DNA from: Pseudobdellovibrionaceae bacterium
Lineage (GTDB): Bacteria; Bdellovibrionota; Bdellovibrionia; Bdellovibrionales; Bdellovibrionaceae
Assembly (NCBI GenBank): GCA_947449255.1
Contig: CANFQX010000012.1
Coordinates: forward strand, 30,668 to 94,667
Reading direction: 5' to 3'
DNA length: 64,000 bases
The notes under the pieces are model-generated. The model searched no databases. It saw only the letters and a list, made by a program, of their open reading frames with translations, and was not told the DNA's origin. The translations under genes were made by a program, and so were the position numbers. Shown here piece after piece: positions 55,622 to 64,000 of this stretch (position 1 is the first letter of the stretch; every line of letters starts with the position of its first letter).

Positions 55622-56671
55622 TTATTGAATTTTAGTTAGGGCCCATTCCGCAAGGGGCCCTAGTTTTTCGTGGTGAACTAATGAAAGCACTTCGTTTTTA
55701 AGTTCACCCAGTTTCTTATTTCCTAAAACAATCAATGCATTTCTCTTGAGTCCAAAAGAGCCAGCTCTAGCAAGAGGTGTACCCCAAAAGTCCTTTTCAA
55801 GTTTTTTTCCTGAGGAAGTTAAAATATAACGAAGCTCCTCGATCAAAATATCTAAGTCATTTTCTTTCATCACGAGTTGAGCTTCTTTATTGAGTTGTCC
55901 CTTAAATATTTTTTCATTCCAAGGACAGACTGTTTGGCAAAGATCGCATCCAAAAAACCAATCACCCATCTTATCCCGAAGATTTTCGGGGGGGATTGAG
56001 CGCGACTCTATCGTTAAATATGAAATGCATTTTGTGGCGTCCATCTTTCGTGGCTCAATGAAAGCCTGAGTTGGGCAGATATCAATGCATCGAGTGCAAG
56101 TGCCGCAGAAGTCAGGCAACAGCTCTATGGGAGAGTCCATTGCTGTGAGTGAAGTGTAGATTTCACCAATAAAAAACAAACTGCCTTTTTTTGGGTGAAT
56201 TAAACAAGTGTTTTTGCCAACCCAACCAAGTTTTGCACGACGGGCAAGATCTCTTTCAAGTATAGGACTGCTGTCAGTAAAACTTAAGAACTCTTCTTCT
56301 GGGAATTCTGCCTTAAGCAAAGTGCACAGTTGATTCATTCTGTCTTTAAACCAAAAGTGATAGTCATAACCTTGAGCATAAAGACTGAGGCGAGCTTGCT
56401 TGAGTGGGAAGTCCATTTTTTTTTCGGGATGGGGATAGTAGGGCATCGCAAAAACCAGTGCAGTTCGCGCCCGAGCCCACTTCAATTGTGGATTTTTTTT
56501 TATCGGTGCGTGATCCTTTAAGTAGCTCATTTCACCGTTTAGATTTTCCTTAAGCCACTCCTCATAAAACTCAAAAGTGAGAGGTTTTGACAAAGGAGTG
56601 AAACCAAAATGAGATACCTCGAGATGAGACATTTTCTCAATTATAATTTTTGTTATTTTTTCGAGGGTCAT
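55622..56671 (-). CDS. queG: Epoxyqueuosine reductase
   Basis: GEMSYL, YAQGYDYH, DSSPILERDLA..AKLGWVGKN, CGTCTRCIDICP, CISYLTIE, FGCDLCQTVCPWN. Confidence 0.95.
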   Translation of the reverse strand: MTLEKITKIIIEKMSHLEVSHFGFTPLSKPLTFEFYEEWLKENLNGEMSYLKDHAPIKKNPQLKWARARTALVFAMPYYPHPEKKMDFPLKQARLSLYAQGYDYHFWFKDRMNQLCTLLKAEFPEEEFLSFTDSSPILERDLARRAKLGWVGKNTCLIHPKKGSLFFIGEIYTSLTAMDSPIELLPDFCGTCTRCIDICPTQAFIEPRKMDATKCISYLTIESRSIPPENLRDKMGDWFFGCDLCQTVCPWNEKIFKGQLNKEAQLVMKENDLDILIEELRYILTSSGKKLEKDFWGTPLARAGSFGLKRNALIVLGNKKLGELKNEVLSLVHHEKLGPLAEWALTKIQ

Positions 56672-56909
56672 TTTGTTCCTTAGCTAAATATTTTTTTGAC
56701 CAGTCGACGTCTATTGTTTCAATTTGATTCGTGGCCCGAAATGAGAACTTAAATACCTTTCTGTGAATTTCTACCAAAATAAAATTAGAAACAAGCTTTT
56801 GATGAATTATTGGAAAAAATTTGATAAAATGAGGCTCAATTTAAAAAAAAAGGAAAATACCCAGCAATGAATTTCGCGCTGACCTATAAAATTTAAAAAA
56901 AGGAGAATT

Positions 56910-57620
56910 ATGGCTAATCCAACTTTCAATGAAAAATTATTGAGTCGAATTGGGGTCAATGAGGGAACCGAAGTGATGACCATCTCGGGGACGATCAATA
57001 AAACAGGCCTCTTGCTATTAATAGCTGCCTTCGGCAGCTATTTCGGTTGGACTACTGATAACTTTCTTTTTGCCATGATATTTTTTGTCACAAATATTGC
57101 CTTGGTTTTTGCTATCAGTTTTGGTCCGCAGAGGGCGCAGTATCTCTCTCAGGTATATGCCTTCAGCGAGGGTTATATTCTTGGTGTTATTTCGCTCATG
57201 TATGCAAATAAATATCCAGGCATTGTGAGTAATGCCATGATTTCAACTTTTGCAGTCCTAGCTTGTATGTTGGGGCTTTATCGCTATCGAATTATTCAAG
57301 TGACTGAAAAACTTCGCAGTGTGGTCATCTCAGCCACCCTTGCCATTGGCTTGACCTATTTGATAGGTATGGTGATGAGGCTGTTCGGATCTGAAATCCC
57401 TCTTTTTCACGAATCTTCTCCCATTGGCATAGCCATTTCTGTCGGAATTGTGCTAGTGGCTGCATTTAATTTATTGTTGGATTTTGATATGATTGAAAAC
57501 CTGAGTGATCGGAGTGCGCCCGCCTATATGGAGTGGTACTCTGGCTTTGCTCTCTTAGTCACCTTGGTTTGGCTTTATTTAGAGATTTTAAGGCTGCTTT
57601 CTAAACTCAGTAAACGCTAA
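56910..57620 (+). CDS. Bax inhibitor-1/YccA family membrane protein
   Basis: About 7 TM; MTISGTINKT, NLLLDFDMIE, EWYSGFALLVTLVWLYLEILRLL. Confidence 0.9.
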   Translation: MANPTFNEKLLSRIGVNEGTEVMTISGTINKTGLLLLIAAFGSYFGWTTDNFLFAMIFFVTNIALVFAISFGPQRAQYLSQVYAFSEGYILGVISLMYANKYPGIVSNAMISTFAVLACMLGLYRYRIIQVTEKLRSVVISATLAIGLTYLIGMVMRLFGSEIPLFHESSPIGIAISVGIVLVAAFNLLLDFDMIENLSDRSAPAYMEWYSGFALLVTLVWLYLEILRLLSKLSKR

Positions 57621-58221
57621 AAAAGATTAGGAGGAGATGAAGGAGTGATTATTTTTCGATTCATCATCTCCTTTCTTTTCTTTCCTTAAAAAAAACTAAT
57701 TTCACCCAAATCGCAGAGTTTCTGTGGTAACAGGTTAGACTCTATCTCCTGCTGAATAGGAATAGATCCTGCCAGGACAGATTCTGGATCTAAAAGGCAG
57801 ATTTCTGATGTGTAGATAAACTCCATGCATTCTGCTTTGATCATGGCGAGGTAGCTCTTATTGGATAAGACTTTAAGTGTTCGAGCAAGTTTCATTTTGA
57901 ATATGAACATGATTCCAATTAAAAACCTAGTTTACCTGAGTAGGTTCACTCGTCTCGCGATTTATTCAGGGCGAAATCATTAAAACGCGCAGACTTGAGA
58001 GGCGCGATATTGTGTCGCCAGTCATTTTAAAGAAATCAATATACACACCCACCTCGCCGGGTTTCTGTGGAAACACAAGTTCGATGGGTGATATCATCAC
58101 CAGATGGAAATCAAGTTGTCGGCGTTCAGTTTTTGGCGTTCAGTGCATAATCGGGTGACCCAGTAAGTTGCCATGACTTAGCCCTTTATTTTTTTACCAA
58201 TTGTAATTAGACTTGTTAGCA

Positions 58222-59550
58222 ATGAATCAAAATGAAACATCCGTGAAAAACCAATCTCAAATCGTTGAAGTGAATCAAACCCTTTGGCCTATTTTGCAGG
58301 CTCACCCTCAGTGGGCCGCTGTTGAGTTCATCTACAAAGAGTTGGTTGGCCACGGCCACAAGGCTTTTTTAGCCGGCGGTTGTGTGCGGGATGCGCTTCT
58401 GGGGAAGCAAGCTCATGACATCGATATTGCCAGTGATGCAAGTCCTGATCAAATTGAAAATTTGTTTGAAAAAACGATCAATGTGGGAAAAGTTTTTGGG
58501 GTCATGAGAGTGCTCGCCCTGGGGGCTGATGTTGAAGTCGCCACCTTTCGAAACGATGGCGTTTATAGTGATGGAAGGCGTCCAGACCAGGTGACTTTTT
58601 CTTCACCCCAAGAAGACGCTGAGCGCAGGGACTTTACAATCAATGCTCTGTTTTATGATTTAGAAAGTCATCAGATTTTAGACTTTGTTGGCGGGCAAAA
58701 AGATTTGCAGCTTCACCTGATAAAAACTGTCGGGGATGCTCGTTTGCGGTTCCGGGAAGATCACCTGCGATTATTGCGGGGCGCGCGCTTTGCTGCGCAA
58801 TTGGGATTTTCTTTGGAGCAAAAGACTTTGCTGGCAATGACTGAATTGGCTTCATTAGTTCAAGATATCAGTGGGGAGCGTTTGCGCGATGAGTTGGCTA
58901 AAATTTTTAAGACAGAATTCTTAAGTGAAGGATTTAAAATCCTTTCAGAAGTGGGGCTCCTCGTCCAGCTTTTTCCTTGGTGGAGATATGAGTTGGCCAC
59001 GGACTTCTGTAAAGAGACTGCAAAAAATCCAAGTCTTGAAGATTGGCAAAGATGGAGTCTTTTTTTTCGTCCATGCCGTGAAACTGAATTGGAGTCGAGC
59101 TTACAATTGTTAAGGTTTTCTTCGAAGGATAGCGCTAAAATTGAAGGGGCTTTGAGGATATGGCAAAAGCCCGAAATTTTTTTCATGAATCGAATCGGAA
59201 AAAAAGTTCAGCTTGTTGAAAAACCTGGAGTTCATTGGGCCCTTTCTGTGATGGCTCGGCAGGAGTCGTGGAGCACCGAAATTAAAGCCTTGCTTTCAGC
59301 GCGAGAGAAAATCGGAGAAAGCTTACCTAAATCTTTTTTGCAGGGGGATGATTTAAAGCAATCCGTGAAGGCTCAGGAGATCGGTCGGCTGTTGCAAGAG
59401 TCCTACTGTTTGCAGCTTGAAGGTAAATTGCAAAGTCGGGAGATGGCTTTGGACTGGCTTAAAATTGAAATTGAAAAGTCTTTGCTTAAAAACAATACGG
59501 ATGCCGAGATAGGCTTGGCAGCAAAATCTAAAATTCAGAAGGAGTCTTGA
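58222..59550 (+). CDS. cca: CCA tRNA nucleotidyltransferase (class II CCA/poly(A) polymerase family)
   Basis: AGGCVRDALLG...DIDIA, EVATFR, DAERRDFTINAL, FREDHLRLLRGARF, ISGERLRDE. Confidence 0.85.
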   Translation: MNQNETSVKNQSQIVEVNQTLWPILQAHPQWAAVEFIYKELVGHGHKAFLAGGCVRDALLGKQAHDIDIASDASPDQIENLFEKTINVGKVFGVMRVLALGADVEVATFRNDGVYSDGRRPDQVTFSSPQEDAERRDFTINALFYDLESHQILDFVGGQKDLQLHLIKTVGDARLRFREDHLRLLRGARFAAQLGFSLEQKTLLAMTELASLVQDISGERLRDELAKIFKTEFLSEGFKILSEVGLLVQLFPWWRYELATDFCKETAKNPSLEDWQRWSLFFRPCRETELESSLQLLRFSSKDSAKIEGALRIWQKPEIFFMNRIGKKVQLVEKPGVHWALSVMARQESWSTEIKALLSAREKIGESLPKSFLQGDDLKQSVKAQEIGRLLQESYCLQLEGKLQSREMALDWLKIEIEKSLLKNNTDAEIGLAAKSKIQKES

Positions 59551-60177
59551 GTGGAAGAAGTCTATGTTCCGAGCACTGTCAAAAGACTCTTAGCTTTTGG
59601 TGTGGATCAGTTCCTGGTTTTGCTCTTATACATTCCTTTTATCAAAATTTTTACTCAAGCCCTCCTAGATGACGGAGAGATTTATTTTTCGCTATGGTCT
59701 TTGTTATATTTATTTTTGGCTCCAGCTTTTTATGAATTTTTATTTTTGTTTTTGTGGCAGAAAACACCGGGGAAATGGCTCTTTAATTTGAAGGTTGTTC
59801 CGGCAGCAGATGGCCTTGGTCAGCTTGGGTTTTCCGGTAGTTTTTTACGGGCCCTGGCGGGGCGGTTGAGTTTCTTTTTTTCGTCGGCAATTTATGCCGT
59901 TGCTTTTTTTAGATATGACCGGACTCATGTGAAAGACTGGTTGGCAGAAACTCGAGTGGTTCAATCTTCACCACGCCGAAAACATCCTAAAGTAAGGTGG
60001 ATTTTAGGTAGCATTTTATTTCTGAGCTATTTGTATGAGGGAATCTTAAGTTCCTCACGCATTATCGAAAATATAGATTGGAAAAATAAGCATATAGAAA
60101 TTCATGCCCTTGTCGATGGTCGTGGTTTTAGTGCAATTCAGTTTGCAGATGAAACTGCAGAGGATGAAGAGGACTAG
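59551..60177 (+). CDS. RDD family membrane protein
   Basis: KRLLAFGVDQ, QKTPGKWLFNLKVV, DWLAETRVV. Confidence 0.85.
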   Translation: MEEVYVPSTVKRLLAFGVDQFLVLLLYIPFIKIFTQALLDDGEIYFSLWSLLYLFLAPAFYEFLFLFLWQKTPGKWLFNLKVVPAADGLGQLGFSGSFLRALAGRLSFFFSSAIYAVAFFRYDRTHVKDWLAETRVVQSSPRRKHPKVRWILGSILFLSYLYEGILSSSRIIENIDWKNKHIEIHALVDGRGFSAIQFADETAEDEED

Positions 60178-60327
60178 TCATTTTTGACAGGGGAGATTGA
60201 GATCATCTCGTGAATAAAAAAAAGAAGGCCCAGAGAAAATTGAAGGGTCAATTTCCTGCTGGATTAAATGATTTTACTATAACAAACAGATTTCCTATTG
60301 GAGAGGACTTCTTTTAGAAGCCTCTTT

Positions 60328-60837
60328 CTATTCAACTGCAATTTCAATGTAAAAAATTGTGCCATTTGGCAAGTTGAATGGAATAACTAAAGTTGCACCC
60401 AAGTGTCCGTGGGAGATTGAAAAGGCGCCGGAAATTCCAGTGATAACTGAAGGAATGGCCATTTCAAACTTGTAACCCAATTCATTGAGTGTTGTTTTCG
60501 CAGCTCCATAAATCATATTTGTCATTTCACCGACACCATCAGAGACATCTGAGTTCAACTCAGTGTGCACTTCGCCAATCATGTTTTCCAAGATTGCGAA
60601 AATTGCAGGTTTGTCGAAGCAAATTAAGAATGTGCCCTTAATCGGGGGGGCCACCATTCCCACCATGCCCGCAATTTCACCTTTCATGATGAACTTAGCC
60701 TCAATAAAAGGTTTGCCTGGTGTCACTTCAGTGTAGGCCATAGTTTTTAATGTTTTAATGACGCCATCAACGAATGCATTGATGAGGCGCTTGTCAAACA
60801 GGGGATTTTTTGATTCCATTTTCGGTGCCGCTGACAT
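60328..60837 (-). CDS. cheX: Chemotaxis phosphatase CheX
   Basis: GEIAGMVGM, DGVGEMTNMIYG (ExxN), AIPSVITG, VIPF. Confidence 0.92.
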   Translation of the reverse strand: MSAAPKMESKNPLFDKRLINAFVDGVIKTLKTMAYTEVTPGKPFIEAKFIMKGEIAGMVGMVAPPIKGTFLICFDKPAIFAILENMIGEVHTELNSDVSDGVGEMTNMIYGAAKTTLNELGYKFEMAIPSVITGISGAFSISHGHLGATLVIPFNLPNGTIFYIEIAVE

Positions 60838-60867
60838 GGTCTCGTTCTCCTACGTCAAATTAATAAA

Positions 60868-61284
60868 TTATGCTGCCTTGGGTGGGTTGTGTTTTGCGTA
60901 AACTCTTTCCATTTTGCCTTTGAGCGTGATGGAATTAAAGGGTTTAACAACATAATCAGACACCCCAGCTTTTGCCGCTTCTAATATATGTTTTTGTTCG
61001 GACTCTGCCGTTACTAATATGAATGGAATTGACTTGGTGCGTGGATCGCCTTTGCAAGCCTTAAGCAATTCAATCCCTTGCATGCCTGGCATGTTCCAAT
61101 CTGAGATAATAAATTCAAAAGGTTGGTTTGATGCTAACGCCTGCTGAATCATGGGCAATGCGGTCTTACCGTCATCAGCTTCTTGGACATTGGTATATCC
61201 TAGCTCATTAAGGACCTTTTTTATGATCTTTCGCATAGTTGCGAAATCATCTACAACCAAAAACTTGGTATGACTTGGAAACAT
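60868..61284 (-). CDS. cheY: Chemotaxis response regulator CheY
   Basis: LVVDDFATMRKII, ISDWNMPGM, LVTAES, YVVKPF. Confidence 0.93.
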   Translation of the reverse strand: MFPSHTKFLVVDDFATMRKIIKKVLNELGYTNVQEADDGKTALPMIQQALASNQPFEFIISDWNMPGMQGIELLKACKGDPRTKSIPFILVTAESEQKHILEAAKAGVSDYVVKPFNSITLKGKMERVYAKHNPPKAA

Positions 61285-61325
61285 AGTATCTCCTGATGTA
61301 TAGTTAAAGTGTCATCTCCCGGTAC

Positions 61326-61352
61326 TTATCGGTCTAGTTTTTTAAAACTAGA
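61326..61352 (-). promoter_or_regulatory. Sigma-28 (FliA)-type promoter for cheY-cheX
   Basis: Minus strand TCTAGTTT-N11-ACCGATAA versus consensus TAAAGTTT-N11-GCCGATAA; about 40 nt upstream of the cheY start. Confidence 0.72.
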
Positions 61353-61485
61353 GTCCAAACATATTGCGAAACAAAAAAAATATGTCAGACTTTACTACAG
61401 GTGGTCGTGCTACTTTTGGACATGAGTCCTGGGTGGCGTAAAAAGTTTAGGCAAATTTCAAACAATTTAGCGGGAGGGAGCAAGG

Positions 61486-61878
61486 ATGCTCAGAGATGTC
61501 CTGATTCAAAAAGGTCTTTCAAATCGAGAGGCAGAGGTCGCAGAACTAGTATCTAAAGGCTTGTCCAATAAGGAAGTTGCAAACCAGCTTTTTGTTACTG
61601 AAAAAACAGTAAAATTTCATCTGACAAACATTTATAAAAAAATGAATGTTAAATCTCGCGCTCAATTGATTGTATGGTGTCTACCTCATCTTGGCTTCGT
61701 TGAAAACGAAATCAGAGCTGAGAGCAACACTCAAAGTGCAGCGACGACAACTATGTTCAATGCTAATGCGACTCAAAGCATTCCAGCAGGATCTGCGACT
61801 GTCGCAGGAGCAACAACTCTTCCAGGTGGCGGCATGAACCGCAATGGAAATTCTGATATTGGAATGGGCGGAATCTAA
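61486..61878 (+). CDS. Stand-alone LuxR-type HTH transcriptional regulator
   Basis: LSNREAEVAELVSKGLSNKEVANQLFVTEKTVKFHLTNIYKKMNVKSR; no receiver domain; low-complexity tail. Confidence 0.92.
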   Translation: MLRDVLIQKGLSNREAEVAELVSKGLSNKEVANQLFVTEKTVKFHLTNIYKKMNVKSRAQLIVWCLPHLGFVENEIRAESNTQSAATTTMFNANATQSIPAGSATVAGATTLPGGGMNRNGNSDIGMGGI

Positions 61879-61922
61879 CTAGTAAACTTGTTAGATGAGT
61901 GCAGTTCAATAGATCTATAGAG

Positions 61923-61962
61923 ATGGCACAGTCTTATTAAAGAGACTGTGCCATTTTTTTTT
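61923..61962 (+). terminator. Intrinsic terminator after the LuxR gene
   Basis: 12-bp stem ATGGCACAGTCT/AGACTGTGCCAT followed by a T-run. Confidence 0.88.
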
Positions 61963-62021
61963 GCTAAAATGAGGTTGAAAAATCGATCCCAACCAATACA
62001 AATAAGACGAGGGAGTGAGCG

Positions 62022-62504
62022 GTGGCGAAAACATCAAAAAAAGTATCAAATTCTCAGGTTATTATGACTCAGTTGGTTTTGCCATCCCACACCAATGCGC
62101 TGGATACCGTTTTTGGGGGGACCGTGATGTCGTGGATTGACATCGCAGCCGCCATTGCGGCTCAGAGGCACTCTAACAAAGATGTTGTGACGGCCAGTAT
62201 TGATCGCCTTGATTTTGTCGCTCCTGTTTTTAAAGGGTGGGTTGTTAACCTGAAGGCCAGTGTCAATTACACCTCAAAAACCTCAATGGAAGTGGGGGTT
62301 CGCGTTGATGCAGAAAATCCCAAAACTGGAGAGACTTTTCACACGGCGTCTGCGTACACGACTTTTGTGGCCTTAGGGTCGAATGGTAAACCCTCTGAGG
62401 TGCCCGATCTCATTTTAGAAACTGAAGTCGAAAAACGAAGATTTCAAGATGGCTTAAAGCGCCGTCAAGATCGTGTGAAATACCGCTATAAAAAAGATGA
62501 ATAG
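62022..62504 (+). CDS. Acyl-CoA thioesterase (hotdog fold, YciA-like)
   Basis: LPSHTNALDTVFGGTVMSWIDIAA, VTASIDRLDF, TSMEVGV. Confidence 0.92.
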   Translation: MAKTSKKVSNSQVIMTQLVLPSHTNALDTVFGGTVMSWIDIAAAIAAQRHSNKDVVTASIDRLDFVAPVFKGWVVNLKASVNYTSKTSMEVGVRVDAENPKTGETFHTASAYTTFVALGSNGKPSEVPDLILETEVEKRRFQDGLKRRQDRVKYRYKKDE

Positions 62505-62519
62505 TGCATTGATGAAAAA

Positions 62520-63833
62520 CTATTTTACAATATATTCCCGCCAGCGATTTAAGAGCGAAGCTGTCAGTTGTGTGTAGCAAACGGTGCCTTCAGTGGCGGT
62601 CTCTTTTCGTAAAATCTGCGCGTCCCGGCTGAGATCAAAAATCTTATACTCTTCAGTACGCGGAAAATAGAGCTGAACATCAGTCTGCATTTCTGTCACC
62701 ACTTGAGCCATCAACTGTTTGAGTTGATCTATGCCTTGTCCTGTCAGGGCGCTGACAAAGACTCGTGGATAGGCTTTGACTCGAAATTGCCGATCCAGGG
62801 GGGCGACATCACATTTATTGAAAACATGAATGATTTTTTTATCGGACCAGTTGAATTCTTTGATCAGCTCGTCAACAACTTCGGTTTGTCTTTCCATGTT
62901 TGGAGACGACAGATCGACGATGTGAAGCAAGACATCGGCCTCAGCAGACTCTTCAAGAGTGGCTTTAAAAGCTTCAATCAATTGAGTCGGAAGTTTGCGT
63001 ATAAATCCCACAGTGTCAGTCACAACGGCTGGAGGCGCATCAGGCAAAAAGATTTTACGCGTCGTTGGATCCAAGGTTGCAAAAACCTGATTTTTTGCCA
63101 TCACCTGCGAGCCAGTGAGTTTATTGAGCAAAGAACTTTTTCCTGTATTCGTGTAGCCAATCAGTGCAAAAGAAGGGATTTCATTTCGACGACGAGATTG
63201 TCGATGTTGAGATCTGTTTTTACGAACACTTTCTAGTTTTTCTTTGATGATAGCCACGCGCTCACGAATGCGTCTGCGGTCATTTTCAAGGGCCGTCTCG
63301 CCGGGACCTCGGGTTCCAATACCGCCACCTTGTCGAGAGAGGGACTCCATCCAAGCACCCACCATGCGAGGCATTTGATCTAAGAGTTGCGCAAGCTCAA
63401 CCTGCAATTTGCCCTCAAAAGTTTGTGCCCTCAGTGCGAAAATATCCAAGATCAACTGATTGCGATCCACAACACGGACTTTAACTATTTGCTGAAGATT
63501 TCTTTGCTGAACCCCTGACAATTGATGATCCATAACAATCAGAGTAGCTCCGCTATCGCGAACCATTTCTGCGATCTCTTCGACTTTTCCTGTACCTATC
63601 AGAGTGGCCGGATTCCAAGAGGGCAGCACTTGAATGACGGATCCCACGACTTCTCCGCCGGCAGCATCAACCAGTTCTTCAAGTTCGAGTAAATTTTCTT
63701 TAATTTCAACAAGAGCTTCTTTTTTGAGTCCCACGCCGACAACAATGGCGCGATCTGTGGATTTAATGTGAGCTGACGTCGAATTGCCGCTCAATTGAGA
63801 TGGTTTCTGTGGATTATGATTTAAATTCGTCAA
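62520..63833 (-). CDS. hflX: GTPase HflX
   Basis: ILDIFALRA..EGKLQVELAQL, GGGIGTRGPGET, GYTNTGKS, FATLDPT, DTVGFI, NKCD. Confidence 0.97.
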   Translation of the reverse strand: MTNLNHNPQKPSQLSGNSTSAHIKSTDRAIVVGVGLKKEALVEIKENLLELEELVDAAGGEVVGSVIQVLPSWNPATLIGTGKVEEIAEMVRDSGATLIVMDHQLSGVQQRNLQQIVKVRVVDRNQLILDIFALRAQTFEGKLQVELAQLLDQMPRMVGAWMESLSRQGGGIGTRGPGETALENDRRRIRERVAIIKEKLESVRKNRSQHRQSRRRNEIPSFALIGYTNTGKSSLLNKLTGSQVMAKNQVFATLDPTTRKIFLPDAPPAVVTDTVGFIRKLPTQLIEAFKATLEESAEADVLLHIVDLSSPNMERQTEVVDELIKEFNWSDKKIIHVFNKCDVAPLDRQFRVKAYPRVFVSALTGQGIDQLKQLMAQVVTEMQTDVQLYFPRTEEYKIFDLSRDAQILRKETATEGTVCYTQLTASLLNRWREYIVK

Positions 63834-64000
63834 ATCTAATAAACCTCCGCGAAAGCTATGCCCAGTATACCAGATACCCCTTTAAAAACACAAGGGGCTA
63901 TTAACAAGATGTAGGCGAGCCTCTTTTAACACCGAGGGCTGCCATTAATTGATAGACACCACTATGGGAGGTTCGATGAATGCTCGAAAAATAAAAAAAG

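Noticed and set aside
57910-58180. tmRNA, 6S, RNase P or SRP RNA
   Set aside because: No tRNA-like ends, tag ORF, long 6S-type duplex, or RNase P/SRP conserved motifs seen.
806-63236. Numerous 60-180 aa antisense or alternate-frame ORFs in the track (e.g. 21239-21730, 42516-42986, 62703-63236)
   Set aside because: They lie wholly within well-supported genes and have no motifs; shadow ORFs.
63976-64000. Start of a gene at the right edge (GGGAGG RBS, ATG AAT GCT CGA...)
   Set aside because: Only 8 codons are visible; it cannot be identified.

Overview
About 64 kb of a bacterial chromosome. Gene content and style point to a Bdellovibrio-like predator (Bdellovibrionaceae); this is an inference, not a database match. 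Housekeeping-type blocks (trpS-scpA-scpB, nrdAB, fadD, bcp/gpx, htpG, tdo-ltaE-hutG, queG, cca, cheY-cheX, hflX) surround an accessory-looking stretch at ~9.9-30.7 kb. That stretch holds a GH30 lipoprotein, a hybrid kinase, two divergent P-type ATPases, three GH130-like genes and an HPF-like gene. Inside it, two convergent GH130-like paralogs enclose a ~4.8 kb block containing: a 160-bp MITE-like element (25-bp TIRs, 9-bp target duplication); three copies of a 30-bp bulged palindrome; a 33-unit 7-bp tandem array; an HNH nuclease with internal 7-codon repeats; a serpin; and a HEPN/MNT pair. Other notable items are an Hpt-fold protein with Asp in place of the phospho-His and a CheZ-like C-terminal tail, an SdpAB-like pair behind very acidic ScpA/ScpB, a TIGR01212 radical SAM gene divergent from a stand-alone MnmC-type methyltransferase, and a frameshifted exported-protein pseudogene. 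I recognised no rRNA, tRNA, CRISPR array, transposase, integrase or reverse transcriptase.
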